DNA of 64,000 bases, taken from assembly GCA_010015585.1 (NCBI GenBank), contig ML975153.1. The stretch is one strand, 5' to 3'. Every line of letters begins with the position of its first letter. Position 1 is the stretch's first letter. A model generated the notes under the pieces. It did not search any database. It was given only the letters and a program-made list of their open reading frames with translations, and was not told the DNA's origin. Of this stretch, positions 11,659-24,142 are shown piece by piece. Both the position numbers and the translations under genes were made by a program. This DNA comes from Eremomyces bilateralis CBS 781.70 (Eukaryota).

Positions 11659-11840
11659 TTAAGGGTTAAAGGGGTTTCTGTGGGTTACGACGAAGGAAGC
11701 CTCAAGTCCAAAGTTGACCGCAAGGGGCCGTATCCCCATTTTCCAGGAAATGCATTCTACCATTTGGACAACTCTTGCGTGAGAAGGGGCTCGATTGGCG
11801 CGGTCTTCTTCGATAATCTATTCTGCAAAGTATATATCTC

Positions 11841-12026
11841 CTAAACAGGGGATAATTTCGGTGTATTCTGGGCGCTCTCTTTGCGAGTTGGACGGCCTGC
11901 GAGTCTACTCTTCAAAGTAGGCCTTGGGATTTGATATTGCTCCGAAACCTTGCGCAAGGTGGGGATTTTCCGGGTCCGAAAATCATCTAGAGCACTTTGT
12001 AGAGCCTCTTCTGTATATTCAGGCAT
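11841..12026 (-). mobile_element. Fot1/pogo transposase N-terminal HTH remnant
   Basis: MPEYTEEALQSALDDFR...LRKVSEQYQIPRPTLKSRLAGR...KLSPV then stop; no DDE domain follows. Confidence 0.6.
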
Positions 12027-12701
12027 TTTGACATGAACACTATATACTCCTTGCATTGATTATTTTATTGATTCAAAACTACCTATAGATCTATGCTATG
12101 GATCAAAGGCGGATCATATATACATATATAATCTCTAGGATTGGAAATGTATTTCTATGCACTAGTAAATGAGTTAAAATATACGGTCAGATGGGGGAAC
12201 ATCAGGATAGCTCTCCAGGATAGGCGATGTTATTTGAGATGAGCTGTACTGGTATACGAAGGAACAGAAAGAGACCCAGGATTTCTCATAAATGAATGAC
12301 TGCGTTTTGGCCTCGATTGATGTTTGACATGGTGTAGTCCTGGTCCCCTGGCTTTCAAACTGTGGTAAACGGAATAAACCCGCCATAGCAACGACATGGG
12401 GGGACTCATAGCAACCATTCGACACAGAAAACGGCCGGGGATCGCATGCAAGGGCTCCCTTCAGCTTACAATAGCTCGTTCCGACAGCTAGTGGTCATTT
12501 CCGTCGTTGGAGATTAAATTCTGCGAGTCGCTTCCAATGCCATCGCCTTCATTGACAAGGACAGCGACGCTACCCTCTCAATACCGTATCCGATCTTACA
12601 ATCTGCGCCAAAAATTGCCAATTTCGAGGATGGTAGCGAGGTTCCACGCCTCCTTGCATCTCTCATATCGAGCACTAAATTTTGTCCCGATTGAAAACGA
12701 A

Positions 12702-13211
12702 TCAAACTGCGGGAGTTTTCCTTTAACTTCTAGACAGCACGCACACGGAAATCCAATCTACTCACCATCCAAAAAATCCGACGCGATCAGCAAGTCCATG
12801 GCGATGTCCGCGGGGATCTCCATGTCCGGCACGTCCTTCGAGTCGGCGAACTTCTCGTTGTAATACAGGTATTCGCAGACCTTCTCCAGCACGATGCCGC
12901 TGTTGACGCGCAAATTCGTGAGCCCGACATGTTCAACGCGTTGGGTTGACCTCGAACATTGGATGGGGTGCGCGGAGACTTACGGGATGGTTTCTAGCGT
13001 GCAGCGGTTTGTTCGCGCTTCGGCGAAGTTGCCTGGGACGGTTGCGTTAGTTGTTGGGAGAAGCTGGACGGAATGGGGTGTGGTGGTGCGACCAACTTTG
13101 GGGGTCGAGCATGCGTCGGATGGCGCCCGAGATGATGGCGGCGGAGCGGCGAATCTTGAACTCGAAGCCGTCGTAGGACACGAGGGTGACGTATTCTGTA
13201 GGTTCGGACAT
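12702..13211 (-). CDS. ELC1: Elongin C
   Basis: Spliced: MSEPTEYVTLVSYDGFEFKIRRSAAIISGAIRRML / NFAEARTNRC / GIVLEKVCEYLYYN...DLLIASDFLD / V*. Confidence 0.9.
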
Positions 13212-13599
13212 GCTTGCTGCTGCGGATTTGGAGCAGGAAATTGGATTGCGATTTGCGGAGCGTTGGATTGAAAATGGCAATAAAGGAGAAAATTATGGTT
13301 TTGGGTGGTATTAGATGGAACGGGAAGCGTGAGTTGATGATGGTGGAATGTTTAAGAAGCTTCGGGAGGCAGACGCGAAGCGCGACGAGTGACACTTTGG
13401 ATGGTACCTGACGCGAACTCACGTGTTTGGCTGCATCCTTACCTACTACATATATGTATAGACTAGGAACTTCGTTGCTTGATGCTGAGCTGATTGCGAA
13501 AATTCTGGTGAAATTCAAGAGGATTTTGGCTTTTCTGCTCCTAAGATGTTCTTCCATACAAGGAATCGTGGCTAATCTCCCGCCAGATTCACGACGCAG

Positions 13600-14330
13600 A
13601 GAACCGCCGCGTTGCTGGACAGCAACGTCACGTCAATCGGCATCATGACAACCCTAAACTCTCCCTGGAACACGCGACGCCACACTCGTACATCGTCAGG
13701 CGCCTGGAAGACGCGGCGCTGTGACGAGAGACGGTCGGGGGAGGGTGTGGGGTGGGATAGGGAAGAAGGGGATGGGGGACGAGGGGGAAGGAGGGGAGAG
13801 TGGTGGTGTCGCCGTCGATTTTTTTGGCGTCGTCGCTGTTGGCGGTGCAAGGGGGGAGCGGAGCGTCAGTTTTATGCTGCTTCGAAAGCGGGTATTATAG
13901 GGTGATGGGAGGGATGGTCGTCACTGATGCATACGATAGACGCCACCGAACGAGAAGAATATTCCTACTTTACGTAGCATTGACTCGTTCCTAGCTGCGA
14001 GTACGGGCCCATGAGGCACCCGAGTGAACTGTATAATCCCAGGATATATCGACACCCAGATGACCGTTGGTTGGTCCCACTATTCCGCCACTTCTATCGT
14101 ACATGGGGTATCATTTCTCCTCGCCCACGAGAGGCCCGTCACCAATAACCGGCACTCCCCACTTCCTAGATCTCTTCAACGACAAGGCACGGCACGCCAT
14201 GGAATCCAAAATCTCCCTCCGACGATTCGGGCAGCCAGACAAGGTGTCCGACGTCGCGGCCTTCCTGGCCCTGAACTCGTACACGAATAATTGCATCCTC
14301 AACCTAGACGGGGGGTTGAGTGTGGTGGTA
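13600..14330 (+). pseudogene. Short-chain dehydrogenase (3-oxoacyl-ACP reductase/CBR4-like) remnant
   Basis: SSLLAVQGGSGASV, +1 frameshift at about 13871, YAASKAGIIG (YxxxK); RVNCIIPGYIDTQMT; RRFGQPDKVSDVAAFL..N.Y.NNCILNLDGGLS; no N-terminal TGxxxGxG found. Confidence 0.7.
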
Positions 14331-14428
14331 AGGCGGCGGACCGGAACAGATGTGAGGGGCCTGTCTCGATGTGTGATGGTCGCATGCTGCTGTAAGGATT
14401 CCAATTGTATTCCCTGGCGAGGGATTTA

Positions 14429-16419
14429 TCAATCATCAATCACAAGCGCCCCGCTGGTATCGTCCTCGACGACAATGACCAGAGGATTAACACCATTGGT
14501 ATCTGATGCTTTCTCCTTCTTCGATGTGGGAAGATCGTCGTCGCCAGGTCCCCTCTTTCGCTTGGTGCCGGTCGCTTGACCGTCCAACGTGCCATTCAGA
14601 AGGCTCTCAGACACTTGTTGATCGACCGCAGCAGCCGACTTTGGTTTGCGAGCAAGTTCGAATTTGTCGGGAAGGAGGACGGGTTTGGAGGCATCCGATA
14701 GCGATCTATACATAGGTTAGAGACGAGCGGTTCAGATAGCCGAAATACTCACTTTTCCGTAACGTGCAGCACCAGATCCACACGCGGATCGTCATCCTCG
14801 TCATACACGGTGATTTGGCTGTTGCTCGTAATGCCCAGCTCGCTGAACTTCTTGCCCAGGTTCTCCTCAAAGTCGGGATCATAAAGGGTCCCCTCTACGC
14901 TGCTCACGCTCAGCTCCTCGCCGTAACCGAGTTCCAGTCGTAGGACGTCTTCGATCAAGTGCTGCAATGTCGCTCGTCCCGGATCGATGATGACCTGCGT
15001 TTGCGCCGAGCCGCACGTCCGACAGTTCGGATTCGGGGGCCGGAGTGGCTCCGTGTTGGTCGCGCGCTCGGCATTGTGGCTCAGGAAGATGACCCGGGCT
15101 TTCGTGTACTCGGATTTGAGAACCTTGAACGCCTGCAGCACGCAGAGGCCCGCGATCATCGCGTTAGTGGTGGCGATAGCCGGGATGATGTTGCCGGCCA
15201 TCTGCTTGATGTCGAACTTGGACTTTGTTTCGATGCCGAAGATCTCCGATCGGATGTTCGCGCTCGCCGAGACGAAATCCAGGGTGTCCTCGTCGTCTTT
15301 ATCGAAATCGATAATCGGAGCGGTTCCCTCGGACTTCAAGGCCATGGATCGTTTGCTGAGCCGGTCCAGGCTGTCCAGGAAGACGACGAAATTCTCCGCC
15401 AGCGACCACGTTTTTTGGGCGTCCTTGCAGGTCGAGGGGCCCAAACCTTTTGCGTCTTTCGAAGTGACCTCGAATTTCAGACTGCGTGGCCGTTTCCGCG
15501 TCTTCCATAGGTCGTCCATTGACAGTAATCGTTCGATATCTTCGCCGAAGACTTTGTCGAAGACCAACCGGCCGAATTCCGGCGTTCCCATCGATTTCCG
15601 GATCCCTTTCAGCGCCTGCGCCTCCTTCTGTAGCGTCGCGATTTCGTTGGCGTTCTCCGCATCCTCGGAGTGATCCAACTCTGGCGCGTCCTCCTCGCTC
15701 TTCCCGAAGACTTCGGTGAGCAGATAGCTTTTGGCCCACACGATGCAATGAATTGGCTGGGACGGCGTGCTTCGTATCGTGCAGACGGCGTATCCCTTGG
15801 GCGCTTCACGCTCTTGACAATCGTAGCATTCGCTGACGCCTTTTTTGATCACGCGGACGTTCCCGTTGAATCCGGCGGTGCCGCCGTCGACCAGGGGGAT
15901 GTCGGCCGCCAGGCACATTTTGTTCACGTGCCGTCGCGCGTCCACGTTGTCTAGCGCGTTGAAGACGAGGGTGAAGCGTTTGAACCATTCCACGTTGAAC
16001 GTCGAATCTTTGATGTTCCCATGGTGGGCGACGAGTTTGATTTTTGGGTTGAATTTCGCGGCGGCTTCTTTCGCAACCTGAGCATTCGGACGGTTAGATA
16101 TACGCTTGAGCGGCAAGACACGCGGATCACTCACCAGCGCTTTCGGCTTCTTGATGTGTTCGTGCCGAAACAGGAACTGCCGGTTCAAGTTCGACAGGTC
16201 GATCGTATCCAGATCGACGATTTCGATTTCGCCAAACCCCGTGAGGGTGAGGTTCTTGAGCAGCTCGCATCCGATGCCACCGGCTCCGACCATCAGCACT
16301 CGAGTCTGGAAAATAATCAGTAGGAAGACGTGGGATAGGAGCCATCCTCATCTCACCTGTTCAACCAGGTCGTGTAGGCCGTTTCCGAGCGCTTGTCGCG
16401 CGTGCTTGTCGCGTGACAT
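14429..16419 (-). CDS. UBA2: SUMO-activating enzyme E1 large subunit
   Basis: VGAGGIGCELLKNL, DLDTIDLSNLNRQFLF, NALDN..ARR, catalytic CTIRSTPSQPIHCIVWAK, MAGNIIPAIATTNA, PNP.C..C; multi-exon. Confidence 0.95.
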
Positions 16420-17130
16420 GGTGGATTGAGACTCACGGTGACTGGATGAGTGGGTACGGCATAGATAAATCGGTCGATGGAGACAGTGTGAGGGTGAATG
16501 GTAAGTCTATGGAGGATGATTGCGATACCACTGAAGGTTGAGGGATGAAGGTGAGTTCCCTATAAAGCGTAGGTGGATCTAATCCGATCTGACAAACAGG
16601 GGTGATAAGTCATAAGAGAGAGGTTTAGTCTTTAGAGAAGGCGAGACAGGTGAAATGCAAATGCCGAAGTGTTCATAGATCAGATGTGATGCGTTGAATA
16701 TTGTAATACCACCAAGCACACGCGAGGTGTTCTACGTATTACCTGTCCATTCAGTTCTGCCTGTGAAGTCCTTCACGTCTCCTGCAGCGTCGCAGGGATG
16801 CGGAGCCGCAGCTCCCCCCTGTCACCAATCCACGATAGCGAGATTGGAGGAAACAATAAGTAAGAGAACGGAGTACAAAAAGAAGTAAAGAAGTGTTGTT
16901 TGATATTCCATCCCGTTCAAATCCTGACAACTGAATTTCTCAAAAATATACCTTAGGCTTGGAGCTAAGTAACGGCCTGCCATTCCCCAATTCAAGCCGC
17001 CAGCTGATATCCATTATCTCAAGGAATATCAGAATACATATCGGATGCTGAGACTGGCGTATTAAGACTGAGGCTTGCAATCCATAATCATTCTATTCCC
17101 CCCATCCTCCAAATCCCTTAAAACCCCACC

Positions 17131-18444
17131 ATGTCCGACGACGCCGACCCCGAGCTCCTCGCTCTGCTCCGCCAGGCCCTCGGCATGAACGGCCCTCCCC
17201 CCCGGGACCTCACCAACACCCGCGTCCTCGCCTCCGCCGAATTCATTTACGATAACAGCACCGACGTTGCCCTTGACATGCGCAGCACGCAGCGTGCCGC
17301 CGCGGTCCTCTGGACGCAGATGCAGTCGCGGGACTACACCTCGAAGTCCTGGGCGGCGCACGAGTTGCATCCAACGGCGAAGGATGCATCGACGCTGGAC
17401 TTTGTGTTTACGATGGATTTGCTGAACTTCTGCTTTTGGTCGGAGAAGGGGGAGGGAGAGGGGGAGGGGGAGGGATTTGCGGTGGAATGGAAGGGGAAGC
17501 GGTGGACGGGGTATTGGAGCTTAGTGGCGGCGTTGTGGCGGGCGCTGGAGGAGGGTGAGGAGGACGCTGTTGGGTTATGACGGGTGCTGACCGATGTAGG
17601 GATCCCCATCACGTCGCATGCTTTCTGGCATGTCGAGGAGGATTGTCCGGACGAGAAGATCGCTTACGTTTTTCGGTCCGCGACGAAGGAGGAAATGCCC
17701 CTTTTGAAGGAGCGGATCAAGTGCATGCGCGAGGCAGCTCAGGTTCTCTGCGAGGTGAGTATCCTCTCTAGCATGCAGGAATAATATTGACGGCGAGCGA
17801 AGGAGTTCGAAGGAGACCTCGTGAATTTGATCAACCGAGCCGATAAGTCTGCGGCTGCGCTGGTAAATATCCTCGCCGACCATTTCCCCTGTTTCCGTGA
17901 CGAAGCGCGATTCGAAGGCCGCAACGTCCGGTTCCTCAAACGCGCGCAAATCTTCGTGGCCGACCTGTGGGCCGCGTTCGAGGGGGAAGGCTGGGGCGAG
18001 TTTCACGACATAGACAGGATCACCATGTTCGCCGGTACGTCACATGTTCATTCCGTTGACGCCCTATCCCTTATCACCACAGCTCATCTGTCGAAGACTA
18101 TAGGATCCCGCAGATGCTGTACAATCTGGGCTGCCTCAGCTACAGCCCGCCCCTGGAGAGCATCGTGCGACGGCGGATCGAGATCGAGCCGGGCAGCAGC
18201 CGGGAGGTGCAACTCAGGGGTACGTTTTCCTCGGGCCGCGCGACTCTGTGCTCATATTTAAATGCCTCCAGGCTGCTCGATTTGGTGCGTGGAGCAGATC
18301 CGGCGGGAGATCGTGCGCCACCATCCCGAGGCGACCGTCAATGCCGTCCTCATCGACTTCTTGCTGTACGATATCGCGAAGGAGCTGGAGGCGTCCGACA
18401 GTCTAGACATTCCGCATCATCGCACCCGAAGTATCTGGTATTGA
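17131..18444 (+). CDS. QNG1: Queuosine 5'-phosphate N-glycosylase/hydrolase (queuine salvage, DUF2419)
   Basis: FTMDLLNFCFWS, YWSLVAAL.RAL, FPCFRDEA, KRAQIFVADLW, ITMFADYRIPQ across an intron, PHHRTRSIWY*. Confidence 0.9.
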
Positions 18445-18496
18445 GACGCCTGCTCGCACCGGTTCCGTCCCTGGTGCGGCGATCGGGTCCTAATCT

Positions 18497-19712
18497 TCAT
18501 CCGTTGTTGACCTTTACCTTCTCTTCTCGCTCGATTTTTGCAATGCGATCCATGATCCCTCGCTCCCACTGCCTATACTCGTGCTTTCTCTCCTCGCCGA
18601 CCCAGTCGACTGCGTCATGCATGGAAAGGATGGAACCAACCGAGGGCCCTGTTGAAGTAGCACCATTGGCGGATGTAGAAAGTGTACCGTCGGTTGGTCC
18701 ATCTTCGTCCGCTTGCATCAACGCATCTAGCTCGTCCACGTCCTCCGGCTCGTCGATGTTCTGATACCACTCCATGTCCAACCAACCCTCCGACTGCGCT
18801 CGACGAAGGAACCCATCAATTTCAGCATTCATCTCTGCTTCTGACATGGTCGACGTCCCCGCCGATTGGCTAGCGACAGTGACAGCCTGAGCCCGCTTCT
18901 TAAGATACACCTTCCCTGATATCGTCTCCCCCGTGATTTTCGTGACGGCGTAGAGCAGGATCGCAATGATCAGCGCCGGGATCGCGTCGGCGCCGATGCT
19001 TTGCGATTCGCCTTCATCATCCTGGAGTCGGCGAGAGCGCCGTCGATTCGGCGTCTCTGCTCGCGACGTTGATGATAGGATGGATTCCAGACCGGCGAAC
19101 ACGTGCGGAGCCGCTTCGGCGAGGTGAAAGGCGCCGCAGAGCCGTCGTACCATAGGCAAGGCCCATTGTGGGATATCCTTCACCGCATCGTTGGAGGCTA
19201 ACAACGAGCGTTTCCGGGGCGTCACTGACGACGATGAAACTTTTGCTTTCGAAGCGCTGTGGATCGCCAGTCGTGACCGCGTGGCTGTAGGACTACTCTC
19301 AAGTGCCTTAGGATTCCTCGAACGCAACTCTTTCTGCGTCCCTGTAACTACTTCTTGCCCCCCCCTCACGCTCGCCAGCGCCGTTGACAAATAATTAAAC
19401 ACCTTTTTATACACCCTTGGCCCACACGGCGGCCGGGCCTCGATCTTCGGTAGGTTCAACCGCTGTTTGAGCCTACGTCATATCAATATCCGATGACCCC
19501 TGCAGACGTCCCCATTTCAATCCCACTTACTTCTCGCAGGCGAGGTGCGCGCAGGCGTAGGTGCGCGCGATTTCTTCCTCGGATTTGAGGGTGCTGGCTT
19601 TGCTTCGGGATTGGGCGAGGAGGGAATGGGCCAGGGAGACGAGGTCAGGGGGTGGGGGGCCAGTTAATGAGGGGAGTAGGCTGGTTAGAGCCTGCTCGAC
19701 GGGTCGATTCAT
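18497..19712 (-). CDS. ORC6: Origin recognition complex subunit 6
   Basis: LAHSLLAQSRSKASTLKSEEEIARTYACAHLACE / LNLPKIEARPPC.PRVYKK; C-terminal M.DAVDW......EY..W...I. Confidence 0.85.
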
Positions 19713-19785
19713 TTTTCGGCGGCTAGTTGGAGGGAGGATGGAATTTTGAGATCGTGATAATACAGTTAATACTGCATTTGGTGAT

Positions 19786-19877
19786 TCGCGTGGTTGCTAG
19801 AGATGTCGTTGAGATACGCGTGGCAGGACGCGGGTTAAGCCTGGCGCTTCGCACTTCAGGGGCAGCCCTGCACGCGT
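19786..19877. promoter_or_regulatory. MCB (MBF) box cluster upstream of ORC6
   Basis: ACGCGT at 19816 and 19872, TCGCGT at 19786, ACGCGG at 19828, all 70-170 bp upstream of the ORC6 ATG. Confidence 0.6.
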
Positions 19878-20933
19878 CTCCGCCAGTGAGATTGGAAATT
19901 ACATTTCTTCCGGCAAGAGAGATGCATTCAACTGTCATGATTAAAGGCGAATTTCATTTCATGTTACGATTTGCACTGTTACTACCGTGCCTTTGAGACA
20001 TGTCAAGGAAGAACCTCTGGGAAATGAGAAAGTAATCATGCACACTATGTTGCTGGTCAGGTTTTTGCCGGAGTGATCGGATCGCAAATTAATTGTCCTC
20101 GGACTTTTTACTACGTAGAGCCACCGGAACGTTTAATCAGATATTCAATTCCAGGCGCCCCTTTTATTCTCTACCGGCACTTATCAATTAGTCTTCCTCC
20201 TTCGGGGAGCTCGATAGCATATGGGGAGAAGTCGAGTGCGAGATGTCCAACTCCAAGTGGTAGGCCGATACCGTATCCATACAAGTAGTAGGTAAATACT
20301 CCGTAGTCCATCAGAAAATATTACGGCACCAGGACGGAGTACGTTACGGATTACAAACGATATCGTACCCCCGAATAGATTAATACAGACACTCTACGGC
20401 TGATGATTTGCATTTGTAGTAACTAAAACGTAACTCTCAATCATAATATCTCCTCCTGTTACAGCGAAACCACAAAGAAGATTGGTAGTGGATTGGTGGA
20501 GATGATACTACTGGGTACTCTGTTGTACATTCATGTATGTGCCATGTGGCTTCAAGCAATGCAATATCACCGGCAGACGAGCACAAGGAACGATCGGGAT
20601 CTTCTCATCCGTCAGGGGGAAAGGTGATATAGAAGGGAATGACCGGAAATTGTCCATCTGATAGTACGGACTACTAAGGCATATTTGAGGAACATTTATA
20701 ATTTAAGGAATCATTAGAACTCGGTATCGTTCCGGACGGGGTCCAGGTACCCGCCTTATTCTCAGTAGCTTCACGTTGAGACCGTGGTCCCCCCAAAAGC
20801 AGCGCACCATTGAATCAATCCCCAACCCATTGCCCCATCCGTATCTCCGTGAACCGCTGCGCTCTGCTGGTCTGTCTGCATCACCGTCGTTCGCCCTCAC
20901 CTTCTCCACACCACTGCGGCTGGCTTCCACAGC

Positions 20934-20969
20934 TTCACGTTCTTCACGTTCTTCACGTTCTTCACGTTC
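20934..20969 (+). repeat. (TTCACGTTC)4 nonamer tandem repeat
   Basis: Four consecutive copies. Confidence 0.85.
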
Positions 20970-21571
20970 TCCCTCTCGGTTCCAGCTTCATCTGTGCTCC
21001 TTCACCAGTTCACCTCCACCTTTATCTTCGCCTCCAATCCCACCCCCATCTCCAACTCCATCTTCAGCTGCATTGACCTACCCCTGCTCATTACTACTGC
21101 CAGGCCTGGAACCTTATTATTACCTAGGACTGGTGGTTCTTGGTAGTTTGCAGCTCCTCAGCTCCTGCGACCCGCATTGTACTGAAGCCACTTGGTCCAT
21201 TCCATCTCTCCTCCTCTCGTCCTGTACCACCATATTATTCTGTCGACATTTGACGCGTCTTGGTAGCCAGCCCTTCGGAGCATTGCGCGCGACGAGACCC
21301 ACTTCTGGAAGTCCAAGCAATACCGGAAATTGAGATTCAGGCCACATCTCCCCTTGCTTTCTCCTCCCTCCTCGTATCAGCCATTCGACAACTCCGTCAA
21401 TCCGCCCGGTGACCCTGCTCCTGCAGAAACCGCCATTTCCTGTCCGCGAGCGATATTGTCCATCTATCGCGGTGAACCGTCCTTGATTAGCCTCATTATC
21501 AGTTCGCTACGATCCGCTTTCGTCCTCTCGACCACGTCCCATTCGTCCGCAACCACCACCTCCCGCCCGCC

Positions 21572-22858
21572 ATGGATATCGTGCAGGCCTATTACCCCTT
21601 CTTCTCCTGGACCGCCGTGGTCGCCATCGGGATCGGTGCGTACGTCTACTACAACCCCTCCCGTCGCCCATTACAAGGCAAAAAGCGGCCATCCGATCAA
21701 CGAGCACCCGGGGGCAATTCGCGGCCACTTCCAGCGATCCTGGTCGACGATGAGGAATCATCTACAAATGCGAAGAAGGCACCGAAGCCGGGGAAGAGGG
21801 CCACCCGAGCCAGCGTGACATCCGATGCGGGTCCCACGGCAGCAACCTCGTCCAAAGAAATAGCGGTGGACGCCGCCGACGCCGCGGAGGATGATGCCGA
21901 ATGGGCAGCGCGACTGGCCGATCTTCGCAAAGGAACGAAACTTGAATCGTCCGGTTCTACGTCGAAGGCGGCCCGCACCGTCAAGCAAACCACAGCCAAT
22001 CGCGGGGCCGACTTCTCCCAGAACTCGTCCACGACGGGAGCAGACGCGGACGATGACATGTCTCCGGTCATGTCTCCCAAATATGGTGCCCAGGCTAGCG
22101 GACCGAGCGGACAGGATGTTTCCGACATGCTCGAGCCCGCCAGCATTGGCCCCTCGGTCCTCCGCGTGACCGAGAGCCCCAATCCCCAGCCGACTCGCAC
22201 CAGAAAGCCGAACACCCAATCTGCTCCGGCACAAGAGTCCAAGAAGCAGCGGCAGAACCGCAAGAAGGCCGAGGAGCGGAAGGCCATCCAAGACCAAGCG
22301 GAGAAAGAGCGCCAAGTGCTTCTCGAAAAGCAGCGACGCCAGGCCCGCGAAACTCGCGGGGAATTGGCAAAAGATGGTTCGGCGTTCATGCGCTCGGCCC
22401 CTGCGACCAACGCATGGGCCGGTCGTGCACCGAACGCGCCATCGACGGGCCCCGTGAACGGCACCCAAGCAACCTCCCTTCTCGACACGTTCGAGCCCCA
22501 CCCCCCCTCTCCATCCAGCTCGACTGACCTCGCGACCAGCGCCGCGTCCACCTCGGCGTCGGGGAAGAACTGGGAGCGCGACCTCCCGTCGGAAGAGGAG
22601 CAGATTCGGAAGATCATGGAAGATGACGAGAGCATGTGGAACACGGTATCGAGCAAGAAGAACCGCAAGAAGGCCCCGGAATCGACCAACGGCGCCGGTG
22701 GCACGAACGGGATCGAGAAGAGCCACGAAGCCCGCAGTGAGCCAGTAGTCGCGGCTGCGGCGGTCCCTACGACCAAACTGAATGGGGGATACGTCCCGCC
22801 GAAGATCACCCCGGGAAAGGGCCATCCTGACGACTCCGAATGGACCGTCGACGCATAG
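21572..22858 (+). CDS. Hypothetical protein, N-terminal membrane anchor, low-complexity/coiled-coil body
   Basis: 428-aa intronless ORF, good start context (GCCATGG), TM FSWTAVVAIGIGAYVYY, ESKKQRQNRKK, WERDLPSEEEQ motifs. Confidence 0.8.
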   Translation: MDIVQAYYPFFSWTAVVAIGIGAYVYYNPSRRPLQGKKRPSDQRAPGGNSRPLPAILVDDEESSTNAKKAPKPGKRATRASVTSDAGPTAATSSKEIAVDAADAAEDDAEWAARLADLRKGTKLESSGSTSKAARTVKQTTANRGADFSQNSSTTGADADDDMSPVMSPKYGAQASGPSGQDVSDMLEPASIGPSVLRVTESPNPQPTRTRKPNTQSAPAQESKKQRQNRKKAEERKAIQDQAEKERQVLLEKQRRQARETRGELAKDGSAFMRSAPATNAWAGRAPNAPSTGPVNGTQATSLLDTFEPHPPSPSSSTDLATSAASTSASGKNWERDLPSEEEQIRKIMEDDESMWNTVSSKKNRKKAPESTNGAGGTNGIEKSHEARSEPVVAAAAVPTTKLNGGYVPPKITPGKGHPDDSEWTVDA

Positions 22859-24142
22859 CGGAGTTTCGATCTACCATAATCTTTTGGGGAGAGACACTTG
22901 AATCCCTAAAAAAAGACCCCCACTGTGCCTAGCATGTTCGACACCTCCACCGACCATCATGGAGCGCCTCTCACCGACCAAATTCGCAACAAAGAAGCCA
23001 CGGACGTGTACACCATCGGCCGAACCACGGCTCGCGTCTAACAAGGAAGCGATCCCCCTCCCCATTTCCTTTTATTATTTAAACTCTGCGCCTGGCCAAG
23101 CGGTTGTTTTTTTCTTTCACAGTAGTATCTCCACAGCAAGGATGGTATCCCTCGCCAACAAGGTCATTCCCTGACATTTGCATCGTCCACCCGACCCGGC
23201 CACGCGCCATGATTTTGGAGTTTCGGAGGGGGGACGGCACGCATTTCTACTTTTATTCCTATTCCGTACGGCGGAGCGGATCGTGAGGCAGATCACAGAT
23301 GGCCTCGTGGCGTTTTTCAATCCGACCTGGCATGGTCGATGGGCAAAATTGCTGGATTGCTGGGTGATGGCCACTGATGGGTGGTTGGTAGCAGAGAGTG
23401 AAAAGCGATTGCCCGAAATTGCTGGATGATGTCATGGAAGGGGAGCGAGAATGTGTAGTTACCGAAGAATTCACCATCGAAGGCTTAATCGATTGCAAGA
23501 TGAATCCACCGTGCTAGCCAAGTGTATGTTGCGTATCCGCCATCCGGGGCTCCAATCCTGCTATAGGGTACCACGGTCCGATGTGGTCCCGGTGCCATAC
23601 TGGTAGGGGATTCGCGCTGACAATCTCAAATTTATGCTGGACAGTAAGGACACTCAAATATCAACACGATAGGTAAATCAACCGATGATAAATTTTCCTG
23701 AGAGATGTAGTAAGACGGAGGTCCGGCGGAGGTGTATGGATGCCTTAATGGTTAGCTTTGTTACGTGCCATAAATACTGTAACGGAAACAAGGTTGAATA
23801 GTATCCCGGTCTCCGCATCCACTCCCACTACGATCACCACTAAGGCCACCTTTACTCCCTCCCAACCCTCCAAGTGTCAAGTCTGGCCCATCAATGCTGT
23901 ATCTCCATCCATGATTTTTCTTTATATGTCCATTCCGCGCTCCCACTCCTCGCTGTAGCCACTGCACCACCCCTCTGCACTTCTCTCCATCACTCCACTT
24001 CCTTGCTTGTGGTCGAGTGTCGGATTGTTTTGTAGCGCACTCCGCACGGGCAGGTCAGGTCGAGACGTTTCTCTTCTGTAGTCTGTACACCACGGCCTCT
24101 ACCAACCCCCCCACACCGTTTTTCCCTCCTCCACCGTCCACC

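Noticed and set aside
12994..13557. 187-aa - strand ORF overlapping ELC1
   Set aside because: Out of frame with ELC1 exons and runs through its promoter; no homology signal.
14959..16081. Multiple + strand ORFs over UBA2
   Set aside because: Antisense shadows caused by high GC3.
21697..22825. Two long antisense ORFs (370 and 355 aa)
   Set aside because: Shadow frames of the GC-rich + strand gene; no recognisable motifs.
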